In this document: positions 24,034-37,402 of the stretch, piece by piece | How the letters are laid out: each line of letters opens with the position of its first letter | Position numbering within the stretch: position 1 is the first letter of the stretch | Assembly: GCF_009914755.1 (NCBI RefSeq) | Contig: NC_060927.1 | Length of the DNA: 64,000 bases | Reading direction: 5' to 3' (one strand) | Origin: the human T2T-CHM13v2.0 reference genome, Homo sapiens | Made by a program: the position numbers and the translations under genes | The notes under the pieces: generated by a model | Databases searched by the model: none | What the model was told of the DNA's origin: nothing | The model's input: only the letters and a program-made list of their open reading frames with translations

Positions 24034-25835
24034 GATCATCTCTAAGAAACTTTCCATGTTCATTGTTCTATAATCCTGTGAGATCAGAAACACCAATAGT
24101 TGGCATAAGCAGATGAAGATTCTCCCCAGGACCTCCACTAGAATACTCCAGAAGTCATAATACCAGTTGTAGAAATTTATCTAAATAGGAGGATTTAGAA
24201 ATTAAGTATGGGAGTCAATCCCCAAATCATTTCAGTATCTTGAAATAAAGCAATCAGTGGACCAAACTTACTATCTAATAGTTCTTTCAAATGTTTGAAA
24301 TGTTAGGTTTCTCTTTGAATTTCAAATGTTTGAAATGATTATGTGTAGTCAAGGATTAAACCATAAGCAGTACTGTTATAAACCACCATAATGTGCTACA
24401 TCTGTTAATAAAAGACCTCCTCTTCCAGCTTCCACCTTGGTCTGAACACCCAATATGAAAGTTTTCTACAATCTCCCCAGCCACCTTGGATACCACCCCT
24501 GTGGGCACTTGACCTGCCTCAGTCTCACCCCACGCTTCATCTCAGTTTCAACTGAGTCACAGGTAGGTCATTTCTACAGCAGATCTACTAGGATCACACA
24601 CCGCACATCTCAGTTTCTTTATTGAGGACCTGAGAGGTCATAGAAAGAAGTCACTTTGTTAACTTTATAGCCTCCTGTCTTCTCTGTGGTGCTTTGTCCA
24701 GTTTGCTCATTCATTCATTTCCATCCATCCATTCATTCTATCTTTCTCCTTCTCTTCTTTAGAGTAATGGCCAAAACCTCCCCTTGTCTACAGCAGAACA
24801 GTTCCACTGTCACCCAGATCCTTTGGAAATTTATCTTTTTACTTCCAAGCACACTGACCAAGGCATTTTTTTCCAAATAAACAGCTCCTTTCCTTGAGAA
24901 ATTGTGTTGCTAGTTGTTACTAGATGTCATTTGCCCATCCTGTTACATCCAGTTACTTTTTTTGCTCTAACCTCTTTTTTATTGTGAAATATAATATACA
25001 TACAGAAAACTGCATACATATCAACTTTTTACCTTCAACTTCTACTCTCTTTGAATTTTAATGGAGAAATCAGTTACTTTTCATTAACAACATATTAAAT
25101 AAAAACATAAATCATTTAGTAACATGGCTATAATTGTAGTCCACAGATCCAAGATGTAAATGAACCAAGGCCAAGCTTAAATGAGAACACTAAAGGTCCA
25201 TGTAATCTGTTGGTTGCTAAATGGGATATGCTCAAATCTTTGTTTCTTATTCCTGATTTCCAGAAAATCAAGTAGGTAAATGCTCTTACAATGAGCAGAT
25301 TCAATGCTGTATCTACTTGCTGAAAAATATGTATTATACTATTTAAGATTACATGAGAATTATAAAATATGTATGATAGGATTTTGGATTAAATGGGAAC
25401 ATCAAAATAAAATGAATAAAATCGATAATTTCAGCAGGCTCTTATGTAGTCAGGGTCTATCTCTTCAGACTGTGTATTAAATTCTTGCTTCTTGCTTTTG
25501 GCTGTCTGTCTTTTATAATTTTACAGACAATAAGAAGAAGCAGCAGAAGAGAAAGAAGTCAAACACATAGTCTATCAGATGAAATTATTATTTATTAATC
25601 ATTCTCATGAAAGATTTGCTGGGGGAGAAAGGTTAAGCTTATTACTACATGGTGGTCCCTAGATTGGTAGGTAGTTCATCATTGCTGCCTCAGACCCTGT
25701 TAACATTGATAACTAATGGCTGGCATGATGCCTGTCATATTAAATGCTTCCTCTCAAAGGAAGAAAAACAGCACTGAAAGAAAGTAATTGGTTCACTCTC
25801 AATTAATTGCAAATGGTTTTAAAAGAGCAAGGAGA

Positions 25836-26125
25836 GGCCGGGTGCAGTGGTTTATGCCTGTAGTCCCAGCACTTTGGGAGGCTGAGGCGGATGGATCACC
25901 TAAGGTCAGGAGTTCGAGATCAGCCTGGCCAACAGGGCAAAACCCCATCCCTATTAAAAATACAAAAATTAGCTGGGTGTGGTGGTGCCTGCCTGTAATC
26001 TCAGCTACTCAGGAGACTGAGGCAGGAGAATCACTTGAACCCAGGAGGCAGAGGTTGCAGTGAATTGAGATTATGCCACTGCACTCCAGCCTGGGCGACA
26101 GAGTGAGAGACTCTGTCTAAAAAAA
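25836..26125 (+). mobile_element. AluS (Sx/Sz-like)
   Basis: Full dimer; TSD-like agcaaggaga on both sides. Confidence 0.96.
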
Positions 26126-26627
26126 GCAAGGAGAACACTTGCTGTTGTCTTTGATGATCAGTCTAAATATAACAATCCCTGCCTGTTTTTCTTCATTGAT
26201 TAACTTCAATTTCAAAGGTATGTTAGTGTGCCAAATGTTTGAGGTAGAAAAAATTTTCCAACATGTAATAAATCATAATATAGCAACAGTCCAGAAATGA
26301 TACCAAATTGCCTTCAATAATGAAAACAACAACAAGAGAACAAAACCTGCTAAGTGTTGAAAATAGGTTTTAGGACTGATAGCCCTCCTTCCCTCCCTCT
26401 CCCTTTCTCCTCTTTAATTAAAGTCAAATTCCACTTATTCTTCTAGGCTTGATACAAATTCTAATGCCCTCAGTCAAGGATTCATAGATCACTGCAATCC
26501 ACCATCATCTTTTGCTCTTCTTAATATCTTGAATATGTGATATCTGCCCCATTCATCTGTAGTTGCCAAAATATAAATAATAAATAACTAGAATGATTGT
26601 TCACCTTTTTGTGAATATGTATCCTGA

Positions 26628-27036
<409 letters not shown>

Positions 27037-27169
27037 TAGAGAAAAGCTTAGTAAATATTTATTTGACAACGTGTTTTCCCAAAGGGAGCTAGTAAATAGT
27101 TGTTCCCTCTGTTATTAAGCAAACTCCCAAACCAGAAATTGTTTGGCCTTGGTATGGTTTCTTCACTAG

Positions 27170-27493
<324 letters not shown>

Positions 27494-27939
27494 AAAGCTG
27501 TCCATTCTTTAGTGTGGACTTCTTATATGGTTGCCATTGAGAGTGTTCATAAAATAAGTCAGCATAACATAGGAATGAACAATTACAAAAACTTGTGTTT
27601 AGAATAAAATCGGTAATTAGACGATTTTGTGAGAGAGATGAACATTTTTTGATGAACTATTTTGTTCATCCAAGTAAATGCTCAGGGACCCCCCCCACCG
27701 CCACCCTCATTCTCTCACTTCTAATTGATGTATTTAGGAATTAAGAAATTTGAATTTTGTTTCTAATTCAATCAAAGAGTTGCTGTAAGAGTATTGGGAA
27801 ATCCTAATGGTAAGTGTTTAAATCATTCATCAGTAGACAATGGAATAAATCAGATATTCCAATCAGATCCTAAAGGATACATTTATATGGATTAAAAGTT
27901 GAAACCCTAGGACAATAAATGACCATATAAAAGCAATTA

Positions 27940-28290
27940 ATATTCACTTAACCAATAGATACTAAGCACCTACTATGTGCCAGGCACAATTCTAGGTACT
28001 TGGGATATATCTGTAAATAAAACAGACAAAGGTTCCTGTGTCCTTATTCTCAAGGAGCTTACATTTTAGTGGATGGAAACTAACAACAAAATAAATAAAC
28101 TATATTTTATGTGAAAAGGTGAAAGATGCTATGGGATCAGAACTGTCAAGAGCTGTCCTTGTTGGGGATTTGAAGTAGCAAATAGAATGGACCTCAATGA
28201 GAGGATAAAATTCAAATTAAGACTTTGCAATAGGCGAGGGAGTGAGCCCAACAGGCATATTGGTGGGACATCTGAGAGTATTCTACTGCT
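27940..28290 (-). mobile_element. L2 3' end (antisense)
   Basis: taagcacctactatgtgccaggcac, tcaaggagcttacattttagtgg. Confidence 0.85.
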
Positions 28291-28329
28291 AGAACAAAGG
28301 TAAACAAGAAAGTAGAACAACACATTGGC

Positions 28330-28750
28330 AATGCATGAGATGGACAAAGAGATAATATCCTTAATAAAGAAAAAAAGAGTTCTTAAAAATCATTAAAAAA
28401 AATCAATACCCTATAGGAAATGGGTGCATGACATCAACAAATAATCCTTTAATGAAGTTCAACAAAAAGTGAAAAATGTCCAACCTTACAAATAATCAGT
28501 AAAGTACACATTAAAGCAGCCTCACTATTGGGGTTTCTAGTTTGTTAAGATTAAATAATGTTGGCGAGGCCATAGGGAGGCAGACATTCTTCTACAATGC
28601 TAATGGAAGCATAAAATGACACAACGTCTTGTAAAATAATTTTCCTATATTTATCAATAGCCTTTATTTTAGAAACACTTCTTACGGAAATAATCAGAAG
28701 TTAAGACAAAATGTATATATAAGTATATTTACTGCAGCAATATTTATAAT
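28330..28750 (+). mobile_element. Old L1ME 3' fragment
   Basis: aatatccttaataaaga, aaaaatgtccaacctta, tgctaatggaagcataaaatg, tttactgcagcaatatttataata. Confidence 0.65.
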
Positions 28751-29302
28751 AATATATAAATACAAGTGATTAATATCTAGATATTATCCAAACTGAAGTC
28801 TGCAGCCCAGGAAATATCCATGAGCATTTGACGCCTCCACATAAATGTTCCATAAATACCTCAAACTCCAAATGTCCAAACCCAAACTCACCTTCTCCAG
28901 TCCCTATTCCGGCCCTTAGATCTCTTCCCCTTGTCTTCCCTAGTTCAGTGAATGTCACCTACTTACACCCACTGCTTAAGACACAAACCCAGGACTCATC
29001 CTTGATGGCTTCTCTCTTGCTTCCCACATTCTATCAATCCCCATGTTTCGTCAATTCTACTGTAATGTTTCTTGAATACATCCATCTTCTCTATTCACAC
29101 TGGAACTGCCCTAGCGCAGCCCTCACCATTTTATACTTAGGCTAATGAATAGCTGCTTACTTGGCCTGGTCCACTGTGGCCAATCTTACCTCCAACCTAC
29201 CTGTCTTCCTTGCCCTATAGAACTCTTTCTAAAATATAAAACTGGATCAAACAATTACTTTGTTTACAATTTTAAAATGGTTCCCTACTGCTATCAGATT
29301 AA

Positions 29303-29675
<373 letters not shown>

Positions 29676-29979
29676 CAGCCTGAATTCTTAAACTCCATCT
29701 ATTACCATCTTCTTACAAATTACATTTCATGTCTTTGCATATTCTACTTCCCCTGCCTGTCCTCCTATACATTTACTGTTGGCCAGACAACTTCTCTTCA
29801 CCTGTGTAGACTCATCTGAGGTATCCTATCTTCCAGGAAGCCTTGCCTGACTCCATGCCCCCAATTCATTTTTGGGTTTCATTGTTCTATTGATCTCTCA
29901 AAGAACATCATGCATATTTATATCATAACATGTATTACACTGTTGTGCACACATTGCTTTGTTTCTTTGGTAATTCTTT

Positions 29980-30063
29980 TGACTGCCACATCTGGCTAAG
30001 CTGTAGTACTCCAGTGGGCACCATTTACACAGTGACCAAACTGCACAACTGTATTGAACAGTC
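29980..30063. mobile_element. MER91-like hAT-Tip100 MITE fragment
   Basis: actccagtgggcaccattt ... ctgcacaactgta. Confidence 0.5.
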
Positions 30064-30231
30064 ATGTATCCTTTCCACCACAGACAGATCATCTTTATAC
30101 ATCCATGCACAATAATTGGCCCAGTTCAAGTGCTAGAATAGACACATTTATATAACAGACATTTGTTTAATGAAAGAAAAAGTGAGCAATCAACAAAACT
30201 CTAGTTGTCTTGATGAAAAATTCCTTCAGAC

Positions 30232-30415
30232 CAGTGATTCTCAAAGTGTAGTCTCTGAATAAGCAACATGCATCACTGGGGAACTTGTTAAAGTGCAGAT
30301 TCTCAGGCCCCACTCCAGACCTACTGAATCAGAGACTCTGGCAATGGAACCTAAGACACTGTTTTAACAAACCATCTAGATGATTCTAATGCATGCTTTA
30401 CTTTGAGAAACACCG
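30232..30415 (+). mobile_element. MER5A
   Basis: cagtgattctcaaagtgt ... ccagacctactgaatcagagactctgg ... tttgagaaacaccg. Confidence 0.9.
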
Positions 30416-30454
30416 TCTTAGACTGCTCAAAACTAAAAGTAAAGATTTCATTTC

Positions 30455-30756
<302 letters not shown>

Positions 30757-31825
30757 AAAGATTTCATTTCAAGGGTTCAAATCACTTTGCCTGTAAGGAA
30801 GTCATTTACTTAATTTTTTAAAAAGTTTAAGTTATAAGGCAGTTCAGACATTCAAGGTATATAAAACAATATTACAGACACCCATGTACCCACCATTCAG
30901 ATCTGCGGGTATTTGATCCATCACCCTAAAAGAAATAAAACAGCAAAACACTACCAACCCATCTCTCTCTCTCATCTCTCACCAAGCTAACCACTGTTTT
31001 ACAGTTGGTGTGTGTTTTTCCCATGCATGCTTTTATACTTTTACTACGTAAGTGTGTAGGCATCTACTTATTAATGAGAGACTTTGTCCAGGATGTCAGA
31101 ACAGAAATCACAACACTTGCCCCAGCAAGCTGCATGGGAAGACACCTGGAGTAGCCAGCAGCCAGTGCCAACCAAACCTGCCCCTCTCCAGCATTTGGTG
31201 GGAAAAAATAGAGCTCACATGAGCTTTACAAAATGCAATCAGAGGGGGTTAAAATAAGAAAACCAAGTTATACTTATTTAACTGTTGCTGACTGTAAAAG
31301 CTAAAATAAAAAGTAGGTTTTGCCTTGAAGCTAAGGGTGTCAAACACATAGTACCAAGAAAGTTGTACTGACAAACTTTGTCATTTTTGTGTAGATTACA
31401 CACACAAGGGATGTGTGCACCTGCCAGTGTATCGTGCACCATGGATATAAAGAGTTCCAAAAGAGCTATGATCTTTTTTTGGATATAAGGAGTTCCGAAA
31501 GAGCTGGCTCCAACTGTCAACACCATAGATGAGTCTTGATTTTGTCTTCTGAAAAATGGCATTACCTGCTGTCTTATGGCTTAAAAAAAGGGAGTGATGA
31601 TGACTTGAGCGTTAATTTCTTTCTTATTTGGGAGCCTATACGTTTATGAAAATATGATTACCAAACTCATAAGTCTACTCCTCCTAAAATTAAAAAATTA
31701 AAGACAAAAAGAAAGAAAAAAAGAAGGGGAGAGAGCAGGGAAGGAGGGAATAAGAAAGGGAAAAAGGGAGAACAAAACTTAACAACTATTTTCTCCCCGT
31801 CCTGACTTTCCTACTTTCTCCAGCT

Positions 31826-31899
31826 TGGCTTCTTATGATGACTTCCTACTCATCTTTACAACTGGCTTCTTATGATGACTTCCTAGTCATCTTTACAAT
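31826..31899. repeat. Tandem duplication, 2 x 37 bp
   Basis: tggcttcttatgatgacttccta(c/g)tcatctttacaa(c/t) twice. Confidence 0.95.
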
Positions 31900-32039
31900 T
31901 TCTCCTTCTCACATTCTCTTTCAAAGCCTGTAATTTAGCCTCTTTTTCCAGGTGATTCTTAGGGATACCAAAGTGTGAAATCATTGCTATTGGTGGTATG
32001 GAGCCCTAGAAAAGTTTTACATTGTTGTTTTTGTTTTAT

Positions 32040-32135
32040 GTATGCATGTGTGTATGAATATACATACACATATATAGTGTGTTTATATACATACACACAC
32101 CTCCGTGTATGGTGTGTGTGTGTGTGTGTGTATGT
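32040..32135. repeat. (TA/TG/CA)n low-complexity tract ending in (TG)n
   Basis: gtgtgtgtgtgtgtgtgtgt at ~32112-32131. Confidence 0.85.
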
Positions 32136-32411
32136 TTAAACATAGTTCACAGTTTTGGATGGCAGCTAATGAATAAACACATTCTCCTTGGTCAATTTAC
32201 TCTACAAATTTGATCACATGCATCTATTTTCTCCTATCCCTGATACCATGTCACTAATACCGAGCTTATAACCACAAACTACAGTACTCAAAACCCCCTT
32301 TCATCGTTCCCCTTTTTATCCATCATACACTTGGCTACAAGATCAGTCCCTTGAAAGCCCCACCTTGACCATTCCTCTCCGTACTTGAAGGGCCTCCAGT
32401 AGCTGCCTAAT

Positions 32412-32870
32412 TGTGACCAAGTCTGCTAGGTGTCTCCGCAATGTTCCCTCACAACGAAATCCCACTTTCATTCCGGGTGGCAAGGTACCCAGCCACATTT
32501 TCCCACTTCCTTTGCAACTACGAGTCGGTAGATGAGATTGTAGATAGAAGTTGCTTGATGGGCATTCTGGTAAGACCCCCTAAAGAGGAAAAACACAGCT
32601 AGTAATGGGTGCCTTTTTCTACCCCTCCCCCATTGTTGCTGTTGTCTAGAATTTATACATGAAGGCTAGCACCCCAGCAGTTACCTTGAACCAAGAGGAA
32701 ATCTTGAGGATAAAGCCATATGCTAAGAATAGCAATGCAGAGTCATAGAAGGTATCTGAGTCCCTGCTGACGATAGAACCACGACCCCTGCTTTGGAGAA
32801 AAAAATAAACCTTTGTCTGTTTAAGTCACTGTTTTTAATGGTTTTCACTATGGGCAGCCCCAAAATAATA
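32412..32870 (+). mobile_element. ERVL solo LTR, LTR33-like
   Basis: cattttcccacttcctttgcaacta, cagcagttaccttgaacca, aataaacctttgtctgtttaagtcactg. Confidence 0.75.
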
Positions 32871-32959
32871 CTTTGATCTCTTCACAAATTTAGCTATTTC
32901 TCCAATTTGGCCAATGTATTATGTTGGTATACTTTGATCTATTGCTTCTCTTCCAAAGA

Positions 32960-33110
32960 ACAGGGGCTTGCAGATAGACCCATCTGAGTTAAAGCCCAGC
33001 CCTGCCACTGTGACAGTGAATTCTTTAGGCACTGCTCCTAACCATTTTACCCTAAGTTTCTTTGTCTACAAACAGAGAATAAAAATAATATACACATTGG
33101 GGTGTTTGTT
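32960..33110 (+). mobile_element. MIR
   Basis: cccagccctgccac, cctaagtttctttgtctacaaacagagaataaaaata. Confidence 0.6.
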
Positions 33111-33205
33111 ATTTTTCTTTCAACCTGCTTTTAAATCGTTAATAGCTCAACAGCACCAATAGGGAAACATTTGGGGAAAGGAAAAGGAGATAAAACTCAA
33201 ACACG

Positions 33206-33558
33206 GGCTGGGCGCAGTGGCTCACGCCTGTAATCTCAGCACTTTGGGAGGCCGAGGCGGGCGGATCACGAGGTCAGGAGATCGAGACCATCCTGGCTAA
33301 CATGGTGAAACCCCATCTCTACTAAAAATACAAAAAATTAGCCATCTCTACTAAAAATACAAAAAATTAGCCGGGCGTGGTGGCGGGTGCCTATAGTCCC
33401 AGTTACTCAGGAGGCTGAGGCAGGAGAATGGCGTGAACCGGGAGGCGGAGTTTGCAGTGAGCGGAGATCATGGCACTGCACTCCAGCCTGGGTGACAGAG
33501 CGAGATTCCATCTCAAAACAAAAACAAAAACAAACAAACAAACAAAGAAACAAAAAAA
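33206..33558 (+). mobile_element. AluY with an internal 29-bp tandem duplication and (CAAA)n tail
   Basis: Y-type gagatcgagaccatcctggctaac and gaatggcgtgaacc; ccatctctactaaaaatacaaaaaattag occurs twice. Confidence 0.96.
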
Positions 33559-35949
33559 CCTGAAACCCGGATATATTTTCTAACTTGTGAACAGCTCTTA
33601 CAAGCAGTTTGGTGGATGAAAATGCATACTGTTTAAAAAAAAGTGGAAAAATGTCAATAAATTGGGCTTTAACAATTGACATTTTACCCTCCCATTCTCA
33701 TGAATAACTGGAATCTGACTACACACATGTTACATTAGCCACTTGACCAAGGAAGAAGAAAAGCAAGAGAGAGAAAAGAAAGAAATAAATTTCAAGAACT
33801 TTGGCGCTAGCAGGATCAGTTGCCCAAAGTCCCCGGAATGGAGAAACATATGATTTATATCTTGTTATTTTCCATTTGGTTAAATTGACTCTTAATGACT
33901 TGAAATAGGTCCTTTCAAATGGAATTGCAAAAAAGTAAATTCTGCTCAAACTCTTACATTGTGTAATTTCATGTCTGCTCTCATGCACATTAAACTAAAC
34001 TGGTTGGAGAAAAATCTCTTGCTAAATTAAATTTGGTTTGATCAGGAAATTTGTGTGCATGTGCAGGCAAAGCACAGTATGTGTGGGTTAAAAAAATGTC
34101 CTGCTTATTTAAAGTGTTCTTTTTCACGTATGATTCAGTTTTACCATAGCTTCAATAGTGAACTAAATTTGTGTTAATGTGGATCTGTGTTGTGAGTGAA
34201 ATAGGCTTTGGTCCTTTGTTGGGAAATCACTCAAATAGTAGACATTTTGTCCTTTCTGAAGAAAAATAATACAGCCTCAAAGGCTGGAACATTTGAGCAT
34301 CTTTAAATCCTTCCTTCTCCAGCTCCACATGACTCTTCTTGCCGTTTCCTAACGCCGTCATCATTTCCTTTTTCAAAAACCTTTTCCTTGCTCATCCCAG
34401 TCCCATTTCGCTCATCAGGCTCTAAAACGCAGAATTGGCCCCTGGGTCCCATCTGTCCTGGCCTATGTCCTTAGCTGTATTTCTGCCGCAATAATTACCT
34501 TCCACTTTACTACCTGACTTTTAAAATATACAATAACAAAATTCAAATGAAGTTGTTTCAAAGAATTTCAGGGCAAGGAAAGTGCTTTTTAGACGGTCAA
34601 AATGCCCTACTGCAATAACACAGGTACAGGGCCCATTATTTCATAGTTCTTGCCCGTTGAAAGCAAAAAGACTGAATTCACAAGTAGCCTGTTTGACAGG
34701 TACCACTGAAGGCCTTTCAACCTCAGTCACCAGAAGTTCCACTCTGCTAAGATATATGAGAAGTCTGCATTTTATAGGGCATTTAAAAAGCAGTCAGATG
34801 AGTAGGAGCAAAGGATTAAAAAAAATTATGAAGAATTTGAATTTGATGAATATTTTTAAAAGCACATGTTAAAGTAATGCATGACAAAAATGAGGTTTAT
34901 ATCAGTGAAGTAGAGATTACTGAACAACATAAAATCCCAAATTAAAGAAAGGCATCTTTGGGATCCCCGCAGGATGGGGCCTCACTATGGCATCTCATTT
35001 CCCCAGGCAATGAGCAATATGGTCTTGGATGGAGAGCCAACAACAACCAATTACATGCTCAGCGCCTCCAGAGGGCCCCAAGCTTATTTTCATCTTTCCT
35101 CTCTTTCACAGTATTCCTGATTGCATCGAAATTCTGGAAAGGGGCTCAGGAGGGACATTTCTTTTGGGGGAGTGGCTGAAGCTAAGACTATCCATAACTC
35201 TTAGGGTGAGTTCAGATCAGTGTGACCCTGCAGAACCATCCTGAATGTGCCAGACCTGGACCATGTCTTTCTGTACAATCTTAGGAGGCAAAGTCCAGCA
35301 TAGTTAAAAGCGTAGAATTCCATGTCACCTGGCTTATTAAGGAAATAATATACACCAGAATGGGTATACAACATGTGTAACGTTTGTCACGTGTTTCTCA
35401 CTTACGGAATTCTTTATATACATGGAAATGGATAGAGAAGCCCAATACCTAAACAGATAAAAGTCCAGCTGCATGTTGGGTGGTGACCCAGATGGTCTCT
35501 CCCCACCAGCACTCCTCCCAGCACAGACTTTTAAGGGGCTTCTCAGAGCCCTAAAAGCTCAGAGGACCCCATCTGGAATATGGTGCCTCTCTAAACCTCC
35601 TGGGAGCTACACACTGGGAGGGCAATGATTCTTGGCCTCTGTGGTCAGCGGAATCAAATATTGTCCTCTGAATCTCTACTCCCAGAACTCCCAGGTCTCA
35701 CATCTTAGCCACGTTACAGGTTTCATTGCTTGGAATTCCTTGAGAGTTTTTTCCTTCTGGATTTGGTGATTATTGAACAAAAAATATTAGAACAGCATGA
35801 TTTTCAATCTTCAGAAACTCTGCGTAATGACTTTAGACTGGATCCAATAAACAGCCCACATAGCTTTAAGGACATTGATCAAACTCAAATATTTGGCTAC
35901 AGTATTTTCATTCACTAAATGCCGAATTTATGTTTTCTTTATTTTCCTC

Positions 35950-36200
35950 TTTGTTTTTATTTTTAATGGAAGTACAATTTATATAAAGTAAAATGCACAG
36001 GTGAGTTTTAACAGATGCCAGGTAGCCCACGGTTCTATAAACATTTCCATCACTCTAGAAAATTCCCTCATGCCCCTTGCCAGCCAATCCTCTCTTCTCC
36101 CCAAGGTAATCACTATTTTGATTCTTACCACCACAGATTAGTTATTCCTTTTCTAGAACTACATAAAATGAATTAATACAGTGTTCATTCTTTTGTGTCT
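35950..36200 (-). mobile_element. L1M 3' tip (antisense)
   Basis: taaaatgcacag, aacatttccatcactctagaaaattccctcatgcccctt, accacagattagtt. Confidence 0.8.
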
Positions 36201-37032
36201 AATGCCTCAGGTTTTCAGCATTTATAGAAATCTCTTCTTAGTTTCCTTATCTGTAAATTGAGGAGAATGCCTTGTAAAAAGAGTGTGCAAGTATTGGGAG
36301 GTGCCCCCAGTTTCCTGGTGGGAATGGAAGACCTCTGAGGTCACCTTGATTGAGGTGGGATGAAGAAGAGGCTGGGGACTGGGGTTGCAGGAGCCTTCTC
36401 ATCTTTAAACAGAACAGCTGTCCTTTTCCATGCTTTACAAATTGGGGGCCACTGGAAGATTTCCAATGGGAAAAGGAGAGGGCTATTTGTAAAGATGAAA
36501 AACACTTAGAGAACCATAGGTCTTGAAGATTCTTAGTGATCTCTTTTTCTTGAACATTCTATAAATTACAAATAGTGTTTTTTGATATGAGAACTATGGC
36601 TGGTCCTCTCTAGGGAGGGCTGGGAGACAGAGGCAGCCAGACAGGGGGCCCCAAGGGAGGGCCTGGGCACTGAGTGCTGTAATACTAGCACTGGTTACAA
36701 TCAGATAGCACCACCCCAACCCAGGCGCCTCGACAATAGGCCAGAGGCCATGGGCAAGAGGAGGCACAAAGACAGCATTCAAAAGGCCTGGCTCCCGCAG
36801 CCAGTGAGCATTTCTATAGACTCTGCCAGATCCTGACCAAGCCTGAATGTCACCTTATTACCAAAAAGCCATTTTTCCATAGTTTTTAAACTGCTAAAAA
36901 TAATAAACACAGAAAGGAAAGTTCTGACACAACCTTATATGCAGAGATAAACTGAAACTGTGTTGTTATAATAATGAAAACAAACTGGATCCTAAATTAT
37001 AACCCAGTGATCTGAATGGTTGCTTGATATGA

Positions 37033-37402
<370 letters not shown>

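Noticed and set aside
31826-31899. C/D-box snoRNA suggested by ATGATGA motifs
   Set aside because: There is no suitably placed CTGA D box or terminal stem, and the motif repeats only because of the tandem duplication.
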